Origin: Thecamonas trahens ATCC 50062
Taxonomy: Eukaryota; Protista; Apusomonadida
NCBI RefSeq assembly: GCF_000142905.1
Contig: NW_013657646.1
Location: 182,367 to 246,196, forward strand
DNA: 63,830 nucleotides
Direction of reading: 5' to 3'
Part shown: one piece after another, positions 28,453 through 39,829 of the stretch
Layout of the letters: each line of letters starts with the position of its first letter
Numbering within the stretch: the first letter of the stretch is position 1
Notes under the pieces: generated by a model
The model's input: the letters and a program-made list of their open reading frames with translations, nothing else
Told to the model about the DNA's origin: nothing
The model's database searches: none
Made by a program: the position numbers and the translations under genes

Positions 28453-31400
28453 ATGTGGGCCTCACGCCTACTGTGCCTTGCTCTGGCCGTCCTTGCGCTC
28501 GCCTCGTCGGCACGGGCTGTGCGTACGTGCCGCCTGCTCTTCCCTTGTTCTGCCTCGACGCCTCTCCCGCTTTCCCTTCCCTTCCCTCCGCTTCTTCCCT
28601 TGCCGTCCCCCCTCCCTCCCTCCCTCCCCCCCNNNNNNNNNNNNNNNNNNNNNNNNNNNNNNNNNNNNNNNNNNNNNNNNNNNNNNNNNNNNNNNNNNNN
28701 NNNNNNNNNNNNNNNNNNNNNNNNNNNNNNNNNNNNNNNNNNNNNNNNNNNNNNNNNNNNNNNNNNNNNNNNNNNNNNNNNNNNNNNNNNNNNNNNNNNN
28801 NNNNNNNNNNNNNNNNNNNNNNNNNNNNNNNNNNNNNNNNNNNNNNNNNNNNNNNNNNNNNNNNNNNNNNNNNNNNNNNNNNNNNNNNNNNNNNNNNNNN
28901 NNNNNNNTCCTCCCTCCCCGTCCCTTTCCCCTTTCCCCTTTTCCCCCTTCCCCGTCCCTTCCTTCCTTCGTCCCGTCCCCCTCCCCTCCCTCCCCCTCCC
29001 CCCCCCCCCCCCCCCCCCCCTCCCCTTCCCCTCCCGTCCCCTTACTTCTTCCCTCCCCTCCCTCCTTTGGCTCTCGGTCGCTGCGGTTGCAAGTGCTCGA
29101 CACCCGAAGAGTAGACAGCACCTCTTTTTTTTGTGCTCTCGCCGTTTCTCACGCTTTCTCTCTGCCCTGTTACGCACTCGCAGTCGAGTTCTACCACACG
29201 CCGCCGGCCAACAGCGGCGCAGCGGCGGCGGCCGCAACGGTTGGCATCCGTATCCGGTCGTATACAGGGACACTCATTCAGATCGGACTCAAGACCAATA
29301 TCGGCTCGGGCATCACTTACCAGGTCTACCGGTCGACGTCGCCGTCATCGGGCTGGTCAAAGGTGTACGACTCGGGGCTCGTCTCGTCGAGCATTTCCGG
29401 GGGCTACACCTCGCACTCGCTCACCTACTCGCTCACCTCCAACTACTACTACATCGTCCGCGCACGGTGGACGAGTACAACGCGGAACTTTTACTACGGT
29501 GACAACGTAGTGCCGTACACCAACGGTCCGACGACCTACGGCGGCATCTCCAGCTCGACGAACAACGCGGTCAACCGGATCTACGGAGTCCGCATCAAGC
29601 TTCGCTCCTGCACCCCGCTGCCCAAGCCGGCCAACGGTAACGTCAACCCAGGGACGACAACCACGTTCAGCTGCAACATGGGCTACACCCTCGCAGGATC
29701 GTCGTCGCGGACATGCCAAACAAGCGGGGTGTGGACCGGAAGCACAACGTCGTGCCCCAAGAAGGCCAACTACTGCCCGTCGCTGGCGGCGCCGTCTAAT
29801 GGCGCGCGCTCGCCGTCGCCCTGCCCGCGCAAGTACCAGAACTCGTGCTCGTTCTCGTGTAATGCCGGCTACTCGCGTGGCGGCTCATCGTCGCGGACCT
29901 GCAATCTCAACACCTTTTCGTCGGGTGTGTGGTCCGGCTCGACCACGACCTGCAACCGCATCAACAGCTTTTGCCCAGCACTCTCGGCACCGTCCAACGG
30001 CGTGCTCTCGGCTGGCACCTGCTCGCGGTACGTTGGCTACTCGTGCGGCTCGGTCTCGTGCAACACCGGATACAACCGAGTTGGCCCGTCGTCGCGGACG
30101 TGCCAGACCAACGCGCGATGGTCGTCATCGGCTTGGTCGTGCGCCCTCGACACAACGTACTGCCCGGCGGTTCCTCCCGCGCCGACCAATGGGGTGTACA
30201 CTTCCTCGTGCTCGGCGCGCTCGTACCTTGCCTCGTGCTCGCGTGGCTGCAACTTTGGCTACACACTCTCGGGCGCAGTGACAACGACGTGCCAGGCATC
30301 GGCGTTGTGGTCGTCGGGCACGCCGTCGTGCCTCCTCACGCCAGGCTACTGCCCATCATACCCGGTGGCGGCCAACGCAACGCGCGCACCGTGTGACGGA
30401 AAGCTCGGATCGAGTTGTGGCCCGACCCAGTGTGCACTCGGCCTGACGCTTGTCGGCGCTGCGACCCGGACCTGCACCGTCGGTTCGGCCGCAAGCGGGA
30501 TCTGGTCCGGCCTTGAGCCGTTCTGCTCCTCGACGTCTGCGGCAGACTCGCTGACGACAGCAACGGCGGCAACCATCGTGGCCGGTACGCGCTGGGCCTT
30601 TGACGTCCTCCCGCGCGACGCTGGCGGCGTGCCCACCACTGCCGGCGTCGACATTGTCGACGTCGTCCTTGCCGGCACCTTTGCCGGCGAAGGCACCTCG
30701 ACCGCCAACTCGACTTGGCTCCATCCCACCAAGTACGCGGTCACGTACAAGCCGCCTACCCTGGCGGGTGACCATAGCGTTGAAATCTGGCTCAACTCGT
30801 ATCTGATGGGCACATACGTGCTCACCGTTGTGCCTGCTGCCGTCTCGGCACCGCACTCTGACGCCGATGGCGAGGGCATCCTGTCGGTGACTGAAGACGG
30901 CGGACTGTTCCTTCCGGGCCATGCCACGTCGTTTGTGGTCACGCCACGCGATGCGTACGGCAATAAGGTTGGCACAGCCGGAATCTCGCTTCCGGTCGGC
31001 CTCCTCCGCGACGCTCTCGGCGATCCGTGGCCTGTCTCAGCCACCATCGCCGACGCCGACACCTTTGTGGTCTCGTACATCGTGCCGGCGTCGGGGCGGT
31101 GGACGCTGTCGCTCACGCTCGACTTAGTCCCGATTGGCGCCTCGCCGTGGCTCATCACGGTCGCCATCGAGTGCCATCCCGGGACGTCGGCGTTCTCGGT
31201 CACCGGGCCGTGCGTCATCTGTCCCGAGAACACATACTCGGACCAGATCTCGCTTCGCGAGTGCCTGCCGTGCCCCGAAGCGAGCCAGGCCGGAGTCGGT
31301 GCATCGACTGTCACCAACTGTACCTGCGTGACCGGCATGTACTCGCCCGGTGGGGTGCCCGGCGTGGCGTGCATGCCGTGCCCGCTCGGCGCCAGCTGCA

Positions 31401-32923
31401 ACGGCGGCGTTTCTAATCCGACGGCGCGCCCGGGCTTCTCGCCGGTCGATGGTTCGACCGACTCGTTTGTGCAGTGCCCGAACCCGTCTGCGTGCGCCGG
31501 TAACGGCGCGTGTAGCAGCGGCTACAAGGGCCGGCTTTGCGCCGAGTGCGACCTCGGCTTCTACCGGCTCGGCGCCGAGTGCAGACGATGCAAGACCGAG
31601 CTGACCGTTATCATGGTCGTCCTCCTCTTGGTCCTCGCCTTTGTCGGCTGCGGCGCGCTCGTCTACCTCAACGTCCAGCTCTCGGGCTCGCACATGTACG
31701 GCGCCGCCGGCGCCATGATTGGACTCTCGGCGCTGCAAATCATTGCTCTTGTCGGCTCGATCGATGTGGCCTGGTCCAAGACCGCGCGCGCCATTCTGGA
31801 CGGCCTCTCGTTTGCCAACTTCAACGTCGACCTCACCTCGCCCGAGTGCTCGATGACGCTCTCGAACCCGTGGCTCTTCCGCTTCATCCTCACACTTTGC
31901 CTCCCGGTTGCCGGCGCGCTCATGCTTGCGCTTGTTGCGGCGCTTGTCCTTCTCTACGTCGTCCATCATCAGGGCAAGGCCGAGGTTGGGGTTTCGGGCG
32001 TCATCCAGGCCGCCGGCCGCTCGTACTTTCAGGTCCTCAACGTTGTCTACCTTCCGTTGATCTCAGCCACTTTTGGCGTCTTTGACTGCGTCCAAGTCGG
32101 CTCCACGGGCACATATGTCATGGCCAACGCCGCGTCGCAGCTCTGCTACACTCATTTTTACTGGGCCACCGTCTTTCCGCTCGCGGTAGTCTTCAGCATC
32201 GCATACGGGCTGGGCATTCCACTGGCGCTCGGCGGCATGCTGTGGCGGGCGCGGCGGCAGCATGACGAGATCATGTTCCATCTCAAGTACGCCTTTCTCG
32301 TCGCACGTTATCGCAGTGGCATGAAGCTGTTCGAGGTGGCGGTCCTCGTCCGCAAACTCCTTGTCGTCATCGCCCTTGTACTGTTTGGCAACGGCCGCCA
32401 CGAGGCGCTGCTGGTCGTTGTAGTCCTCGCCGCAACCGCCATGCACGTCTCGCGGGCAGTCCCGTACGTCCGCTCCTCACACAACAACCTCGACACTGGC
32501 GCATTGCTTGCAACTATGTGCGTCATCATCGGCGCGCTTGCCGAACAGGGATCGGCCATGGGCGAGCTCGCCATGACCGGCGGGCTCATCGCCATACTTG
32601 TCGCTATTGTGGCATCGGTTGTCTACGACGTCGCCACCATGCGCAAGCGGCGGAACGATGAGTTCGCCGAGGGTCTCGAGTCGGCAGACCACGAGGCAGT
32701 GACCACCAAGGTCGAGTCCGAGTTTGAGATGGCGTCGTTCGGCTCGACCTCGGTGTGTGTCTACGAGGTTGGCGCCGACTCGATCACAGCCGGCGGGACA
32801 GCGACGGTCGGAATGCCTGGAGGCTCTATCGGGCCGCAGGCGTCGACGGCGGTCGTCGGGCCAGACACCTCGCTCCATTCGGCGACGCTGCAGTCGGCGA
32901 CGTTTGATTCGTTTTACCAGTAG
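28453..32923 (+). CDS. Large multi-pass surface protein: signal peptide, about 6 Sushi/CCP repeats, 2 filamin/Ig-like domains, TNFR/GCC-like Cys-rich region, about 7-9 TM C-terminus
   Basis: Exon 1 28453-28522 (MWASRLLCLALAVLALASSARAV); GTACGT donor and CAG acceptor at 29183 are phase compatible (intron spans a gap). CNMGYTLAGSSSRTCQTSGVW-type repeats, RDAYGN, CPENTYS, YKGRLCAECDLGFYR, hydrophobic helices. Confidence 0.85.
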
Positions 32924-32935
32924 TTACGCCCGCGC

Positions 32936-33405
32936 TCACGCGTCGGCGGCCGTGGCCGAGCCCGAGAGAAAGGCGCGCAGCTTGTCGAGGGCGCGCCGGC
33001 GGTGTGAGATGGCGTTCTTGGCCTCCGAGTCCATCTCGGCAAAGGTCTCATCCGAGCCCTCGGGCTGGAACACCGGATCCCAACCAAAGTCTGTCGGTCC
33101 GCGCGGCGGGACGATGCTGCCTGGGCAGATGCCCTCAAAGACTACAACAGGCTCGCCCGGGCCAGCCGAGTAGGTAAACACACACCGCGCCTTGGCCGAC
33201 TTGTCCTCGTACGCCATCAGTAGGTTGTTGAGCCCATCGTGGCCGAGCTTGGTCAGAAACGACTTGATGTACACACCCGGCAAACCGCCGAGAGCGTCAA
33301 ACGACAGCGAGGTGTCCTCGCAGATGACCGGCCCACCCACAATGCTCGCCGCCAGCTTGCACTTTTCCGTCGCCACGTACTCGGGCTCACCCTGGTACTC
33401 GGGAA
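32936..33405 (-). CDS. ITPA: Inosine triphosphate pyrophosphatase (ITPA/HAM1), 3' exon only
   Basis: [41 protein letters not shown] acceptor at 33407-33406. N-terminal exon not visible. Confidence 0.92.
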
Positions 33406-33423
33406 CTGTTCCCCCCCCCCCCT

Positions 33424-33522
33424 CTGGTGGCTGGTGGCTGGTGGCTGGTGGCTGGTGGCTGGTGGCTGGTGGCTGGTGGCTGGTGGCTGGTGGCTGGTGG
33501 CTGGCGGCTGGTGGCTGGTGGC
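33424..33522. repeat. (TGGTGGC)n heptamer microsatellite, about 14 copies
   Basis: Read directly from sequence. Confidence 0.95.
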
Positions 33523-33620
33523 ACCTGCTGCCGCACGGCCGCCCGTCGCCTGCCAGTTGCCACAGGTTGGCGCCAACCTCCCGGCCACCACCCACTCCAC
33601 CCACACTCCACCACACACCC

Positions 33621-35914
33621 ATGTCACAGCGCCCCTCCCCGCGCAAGGGTTCGCGGGTGGCAAANNNNNNNNNNNNNNNNNNNNNNNNNNNNNNNNNNNN
33701 NNNNNNNNNNNNNNNNNNNNNNNNNNNNNNNNNNNNNNNNNNNNNNNNNNNNNNNNNNNNNNNNNNNNNNNNNNNNNNNNNNNNNNNNNNNNNNNNNNNN
33801 NNNNNNNNNNNNNNNNNNNNNNNNNNNNNNNNNNNNNNNNNNNNNNNNNNNNNNNNNNNNNNNNNNNNNNNNNNNNNNNNNNNNNNNNNNNNNNNNNNNN
33901 NNNNNNNNNNNNNNNNNNNNNNNNNNNNNNNNNNNNNNNNNNNNNNNNNNNNNNNNNNNNNNNNNNNNNNNNNNNNNNNNNNNNNNNNNNNNNNNNNNNN
34001 NNNNNNNNNNNNNNNNNNNNNNNNNNNNNNNNNNNNNNNNNNNNNNNNNNNNNNNNNNNNNNNNNNNNNNNNNNNNNNNNNNNNNNNNNNNNNNNNNNNN
34101 NNNNNNNNNNNNNNNNNNNNNNNNNNNNNNNNNNNNNNNNNNNNNNNNNNNNNNNNNNNNNNNNNNNNNNNNNNNNNNNNNNNNNNNNNNNNNNNNNNNN
34201 NNNNNNNNNNNNNNNNNNNNNNNNNNNNNNNNNNNNNNNNNNNNNNNNNNNNNNNNNNGCGCAAGGGTTCGCGGGTTGGCAAAAGGCCCACGCGGCACTG
34301 GCACGGGCTGTCGGCCGTGGCGGCGCTGACGCTGGTGACGACGGCGACGACGACGGCCCCAGAACTGGCGGCCGAGCTGGCGGCGGCCGACGGAGCGGTG
34401 GTGGAAGTACTGGCGGCGGTGGCTGCGGCGAGACAAGCAGCCAGTGCTCGCGCGCCACGGCGCGGCGGCCCGTCGCGTGACGCCGCGCTGGAGGCGCTGG
34501 CGGCCGACGCTGTCGCCGCGCGCAAGGCCGGACGGCTCGGCACGCCGCTGCTGCGGGCGGTGGCGCGCAAGCTCGGGCAGGGGGATCGGCTGGCGGACGC
34601 AGCCAAGGGCCTCGAGACCGAGTTGGAGGCCGTCCTCCGCGACTATCACAAGCTGAAGGCCAAGCACACCAAGGCGCTCGGGCGGGCCAAGGTGCTCAAG
34701 GACGGCCTGCGCCGGTCCAAGGCCGCCCGTCGCGACGACGCTGCCACTACCTCGGCGCTCATCAAGTCGGCGCACAGCTACATTGACGCCAACGTCCGCG
34801 CCCGCTTTCCGCAGGCGCGATTTCCGGCGCTCGCCACCCTCCCGCCGCTCCCGGCAAACGTCAAGATCAAGGACGTGAGCGCGCTGCTCAAGTCCCTCGT
34901 CCGCGCCCTCCTCGCTGACATTGTCACCCTCCTTGGAGCCTCGGGTGCCGGCTCGTCGTCGGCGGCCGCAGCCGAGACCAAGGCTGTCGCCGCAAAGGTC
35001 GCCGCCCAAGTCGCTCGCCTCCGCGATGATGACATGGCAGCGCTGGAGGCCTACAAGACCGAGGCACAAGCCCGTGTGGCCGAGGCGCTCGAGAGGCTCG
35101 CCCTCCGCGAGAGCGAGCTTGTCGCTGACATTGAGATGGAGCGCGACGAGCTGGAGTATCAGATCGAGAGCCTCCGCCGCGAACTTGCCAGCGCGCAGCG
35201 TTGCGCGCCGTCGGCCAACTCGAGCCCGGCACCGCTTGCTGCTCACCACACCTCGCTCGCCGCCGCTGAGGCTGCGTTCGAGTCGTTGCTAGCCGACGCC
35301 GACGCCCGCGGCGCCAGCTCGCCCGACGCCGCTGCTGCTGCCGCCGTCGCCACAGCCCTGCTTAACCTGCCCGAGCCGCCGCCGGCGGATATGGGCGACT
35401 ACGAGGGCGACGACGTCCGCGCCCAGTGGAGCGTCTCTGAATGGGACTCGGCGCTTGCGCTCGAGCGCGAGCGGCGAGCGGCGCTTCAGCACCGCTATGA
35501 GGCTGTTGTGGCCCTCCTCCACGACCGGACCAAGGACGCGCTGACCGCGGCGACTCGCCTGCCCGCACAAGGCGGTTCCACAGTCTCACCGTCCAAGGCT
35601 GCGGCACTCAAAAGCCGGCTCGAAGCCGAGCTTGCGTTCTCAGATAAGCTCCGCGCCACCGTCGAGCGGCTGCAGTTTGAGCTCGAGGAAGCCCGCGCCG
35701 AACTGGCTGCACTGAGAGAGCAGTCGATGGCGCAGGTGGCAGCACTGTCGCCGCCACACCGGCCGCATGCCCATCTCGATCTCTCGGACATTTACTCGCA
35801 CGACCACATGGCGCTCGAGGAGCTCCACGCCAAGCACACCGCACTCGCCGAGCGAATGGCGCAGGTCCAGGCTGCGCGGGTAGCAGCCGAGGCCCGTGCC
35901 GAGGCCGCCGAGGT

Positions 35915-35946
<32 letters not shown>

Positions 35947-36818
35947 AAAACGACGCTGGCCTTGCAGATGTCTACGCCCACGACCACAAGGCGCTTGCTG
36001 AGGCCCAAGCCCGAGCCGATGAACTTGCCGAGCGGCTGGTCAAGGCGCTCGAGGGCAAGGCGGCGGCCGAGTCACGGGCAAGTACTGGAGCAAGCGTGGC
36101 GGCTGAGGAGCTTCGGGCCGAGCGCGATGCGGCGCGGGCACACGCAGCCCGGCTGGAAGACGACCTCGCGTTCTACGTGGCGCATTTCAAGGACCTGACC
36201 GCCGACGAGGTCGAGCTCTCACGAGTCGAGCTCCTCACTAAGCGAGTCGAGCTACTGCAGCACGAGCTCGCTTCCGAGCGGGCCAAGGGACGCGGCTCGG
36301 ATCCCGAGTGGGAGATGGTCCTTCGCGAGAAGCGCCAGCTTGAGGCGCAGGTCCGCAACCTGTGGGCCCGCAATCGTACGCTCGAGGGCGAGAGCGGCGG
36401 ACAGAGCGACGTCTCGTCCACGGCGCTGCACGATGCCGAGCTCGAGCGGACCAAGCTTGCTAACCAGCTCCGGCTTCTCCAGGAACGGTTCAATGTCCGC
36501 GCTGCCGCCGACGAGTACGAGCTGCAGCGGCTGCGGGCGCAGGTGGCGGCATCGCGGCGGCGGCCTGCCACGGCGACGTCAGCAGGCGGAGCAGCCGCAG
36601 AGCCGCATCCAGACACACCAGCGCCGCAATCGCGGCGACGGCGGCGGCGGCCCGGAGCCGAAGCTGACCCGTCAGCCGTTCTCTCCGAGCTCGAGGTGAC
36701 GCGGCTCGAATCGGAGCTCAACGCAGTCCGCCGAGAGCGGAGCGCAGTCGATTCGGAGCGTAAGCGGCTCGAGGCAGCGCTGGTGGCAGCACAGAGTGGT
36801 CGGCAGCGGGCAGCATGA
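33621..36818 (+). CDS. Long Ala/Glu/Arg-rich coiled-coil protein (spans gap)
   Basis: Open frame 34260-36818 with heptads and duplicated D(I/V)YxHDHxAL motif; probable ATG at 33621 ([13 protein letters not shown]). Confidence 0.72.
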
Positions 36819-36847
36819 TGTCATTTTACGAACAAAGACCTGCTGCG

Positions 36848-39077
36848 CTACCGGCGGAAGCGGAGGAAGAGGCCGAGGCCTGCGGTGAGGGCGACGCCGA
36901 GGCCACCGAGCGCAACGAGGGCGCGGGTGTGCGCGGCAGCGGCGAGAGCGGCGTGTGAGACCACGTCCTTGTTGGCCGAGTGGACGGCCCTGGCGGCGGT
37001 CTCCAGCTCGGCAGTCATGCGATCGACGGCGGCGGCGGCGTCGGCAGCTGCTGTCCGGTGCTCGCCAGCCTCCTTCTCGAGCGCCTTGTAGCGTGCGGCA
37101 AGGGCGGCGAGGACCTGGCTCTGGGCCTCGACCTGGCCGGTCAGCTGGGCCACGTTCTTGACCTCGACCTCAAGGCGGGCCTCAAGCTCAGACTTGGCGG
37201 CAGTCACCTCGCGGGCCGAGGCGTCGGCGGTGGCGACCTGTGAGCGGAGGGCGTCGGCCTCGCGGCGGGCGGCGGCAACCTGGGCCTCGAGCTCGGGCAC
37301 CTTGGTCATAGCGTACTCGTTGTTAGCCTCCGACTCGGAGGCGAGGAGAAGCTGCAGTGCCTGGGCAACTTCGATCTGGTCGGCGAGCTGGGCCTTGATC
37401 GCGTCGGAAGCGGCCTCGTCATAGTCGGCCGGAAGTTTGGCCTGCGCCACGGCGTGGGTCCATGCGGCCTTGCGTGAAGCAATCGCCGCCACAGCGACCG
37501 AGTCGGTTTCGGCGTAGCTCGGTGCAACAATAGTCAGCTGTGACTCGGTGGCGGCTGCAAAGGCGTCGGGCGAGGCCCAAACACCGGTGGCGAGGCCGGC
37601 GGCAAAGGCGGCGCCGAGCGCAGTCGTCTCCAGCATGGCTGGGCGCTCAACCGGGATCCCGATGAGATCGGCTTGGGTCTGGAGGAGCAAGTCTGAGGCG
37701 GCCATGCCGCCGTCGACCCGCAGCGAGGAGAGGGCCACGTCGGGCGCGTCGGCAGCCATGGCCACCAGCACCTCGGCAGTGCGGAAGCACGGCGCCTCGA
37801 GAATAGCACGTGCAATGTGGCTCTTGTTCGACTTGAGCGTGAGGCCGGCAATGACGCCGCGAGCGTGCGGAGTCCAGTGCGGCGCAAAAGGCCCGAGAAG
37901 GCCGGCACAAAGACGACCCCGGCGGTGTCGTCCACCGCCGTCGCGAGCTCGTTGATCTGCTTCGGCGAGTCGATGATGCCGAGGTTGTCGCGCGCCCAAC
38001 GCACACCGAGGCCTGCCACAGCGACCGAGCCCTCAAGCGCGTAGTGGACCGGCGCGTCTGGGCCGAGCTGGTAGGCAACGGTGCCGAGGAGGCCGGCCGA
38101 CGAGAACCGCGGCGTGGTGCCAACATTGAGGAGCATGAAGCAGCCGGTACCGTACGTGTTCTTGGCGAGACCTGCAGCAAAGCACCGTTGGCCAACCAGT
38201 GCCGCTTGTTGGTCGCCGAGGCAGCCGGCGAGCGGGACGTGAGCAAGATCCGGCACGACGGCCGGGTCAATGCGGCCGTATTCCTCGGCCGAGGACACAA
38301 TGGTAGGCAGGGCAGTCGGTGGGAGGTCAAACAGCTCCAGTGCCTCCGACGACCACTTGAGGCTTGACAGGTCCATAAGACACGTCCGCGACGCGTTGGT
38401 CACATCGGACACGTACACATCGCCGCTTGTCAGCCGGGCGATGACAAAGGCGTCGACGGTGGAGAGGCGCAGGTCACCGTCGGCGGCGGCGTCGGCCACG
38501 GCCGGCACATTCTCCAGCAGCCAGCGCATCTTAAAGGCCGAAAAGTAGGTCGACATGGGAAGGCCGGTGATGGCGGCCAGGGCGCGCTCGCCGCCAGCCT
38601 CGGCGGCAATGCGGTCGACAATGGCTGCCGTCCGCACGTCGGACCAGATGATCATCGGCGCCAGAGGCTGCCCGCTGGCGGCCGACCATGCCACCGTCGA
38701 CTCGCGGTGGTTGGTCACGCCGACGCAGCCAATGGCTTCGGGAGCAATGCTGGCCTCGGCCTCGGCCGCCGCCACGCCCGCCGCCATCACCGCCACGCAC
38801 GCCTGCAGCACCGCCTCGGCGTCTTGCTCCACCCACCCGGGCTGTGGCGTCGCCGTCGGCACCTCTTGCGCCACAGACGCCGCCACCGTCCCGTCGTGCT
38901 GGAAAACAATGAACCGTACCGACGATGTGCCTACGTCCAGTGCCGCCGCATACTCTGTAAAGGGGGGAGATGGAGAGGGTGAGGAGGAGGGGAGGTAGGA
39001 GGAGGTAGGGGGGGGCGGTGATCGATCACTGCCTGCTTTCGCCGTTTTACGGAAAAGGTCGTACTCTGGTCAGCCAT
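36848..39077 (-). CDS. GK: Glycerol kinase with C-terminal coiled-coil and tail anchor; intron 38955-39064; apparent frameshift at 37886-37889
   Basis: MADQK/YAAALDVGTSS, PGWVEQD, TNHRESTVAW, YFSAFK, DVTNASRT, GDQQAAL, KNTYGTGCF, FVPAFSGL/FAPHW, LRVDGG, ETTALGAA. Confidence 0.93.
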
Positions 39078-39378
39078 GTTGCGCGGGGAAGTGTGGGTGT
39101 GTGGGGTGGGGGTGGTAGGAGGTACGGTGGGGGTGGGGTGAGATGGAGTGGGAGAGGGGTGAGTTGGTGGGGGTGGGGATGCTGAGGCTTTGCCAGAGGC
39201 AGTGGAGGTGACGAGGGAGGACGGCGTCTTGATCCTGACCGTGGGCCGTCGGGCGGCGGTTGGCGGTGGCACGCGGCAGGTGGCACAGAGCCGGCGTGTT
39301 CCAAGGTCCGCACAAGGGTACGTGGATGGGCCTAGAGCAGAGAGCACCACACCCGTCGCTGAGAGCGGTGACAGCGGG

Positions 39379-39797
39379 ATGTCTGACGACGAGGCTGCGC
39401 TGCTGGAGCTGCTTGCACTCGAGGGCGCGGGTGAGGGCGAGGGTGAGGGCGAGGAGTACGAGGTCGAGTACGAGTACATCGAGGTGGAGGAAGTTGACGA
39501 CGACGGCGACGGCGTGGTTGACCGCGTCTTGGTCGATGAGGACGGCGACGGCAAGGCCGACGTCGAGTACACTTTTGAGTATGTCGAGGTTGAGGTCGAT
39601 GGTGGTGACGGAGACGGCGGCGGCGGCGACGATGACGACGACGACGAACTGGGCCTGCTTGACGCGCTGCTGGCGGACGGCGACGGCGAGGAAGAGAAGG
39701 AAGGAGGCGATGGCAGCGGGGCCGGCGGAGGGGATGCGTCTGATGGAGATGGGCCCAGTGACGATGGAGGCGCCGAGTTGGATGCCCTGCTGGCGGC

Positions 39798-39829
<32 letters not shown>

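Noticed and set aside
33424-33522. Chi-site array (GCTGGTGG) or coding WWLVAGG repeat
   Set aside because: The octamer arises automatically from a (TGGTGGC)n microsatellite; Chi has no role in a eukaryotic nucleus and the peptide frames lack support.
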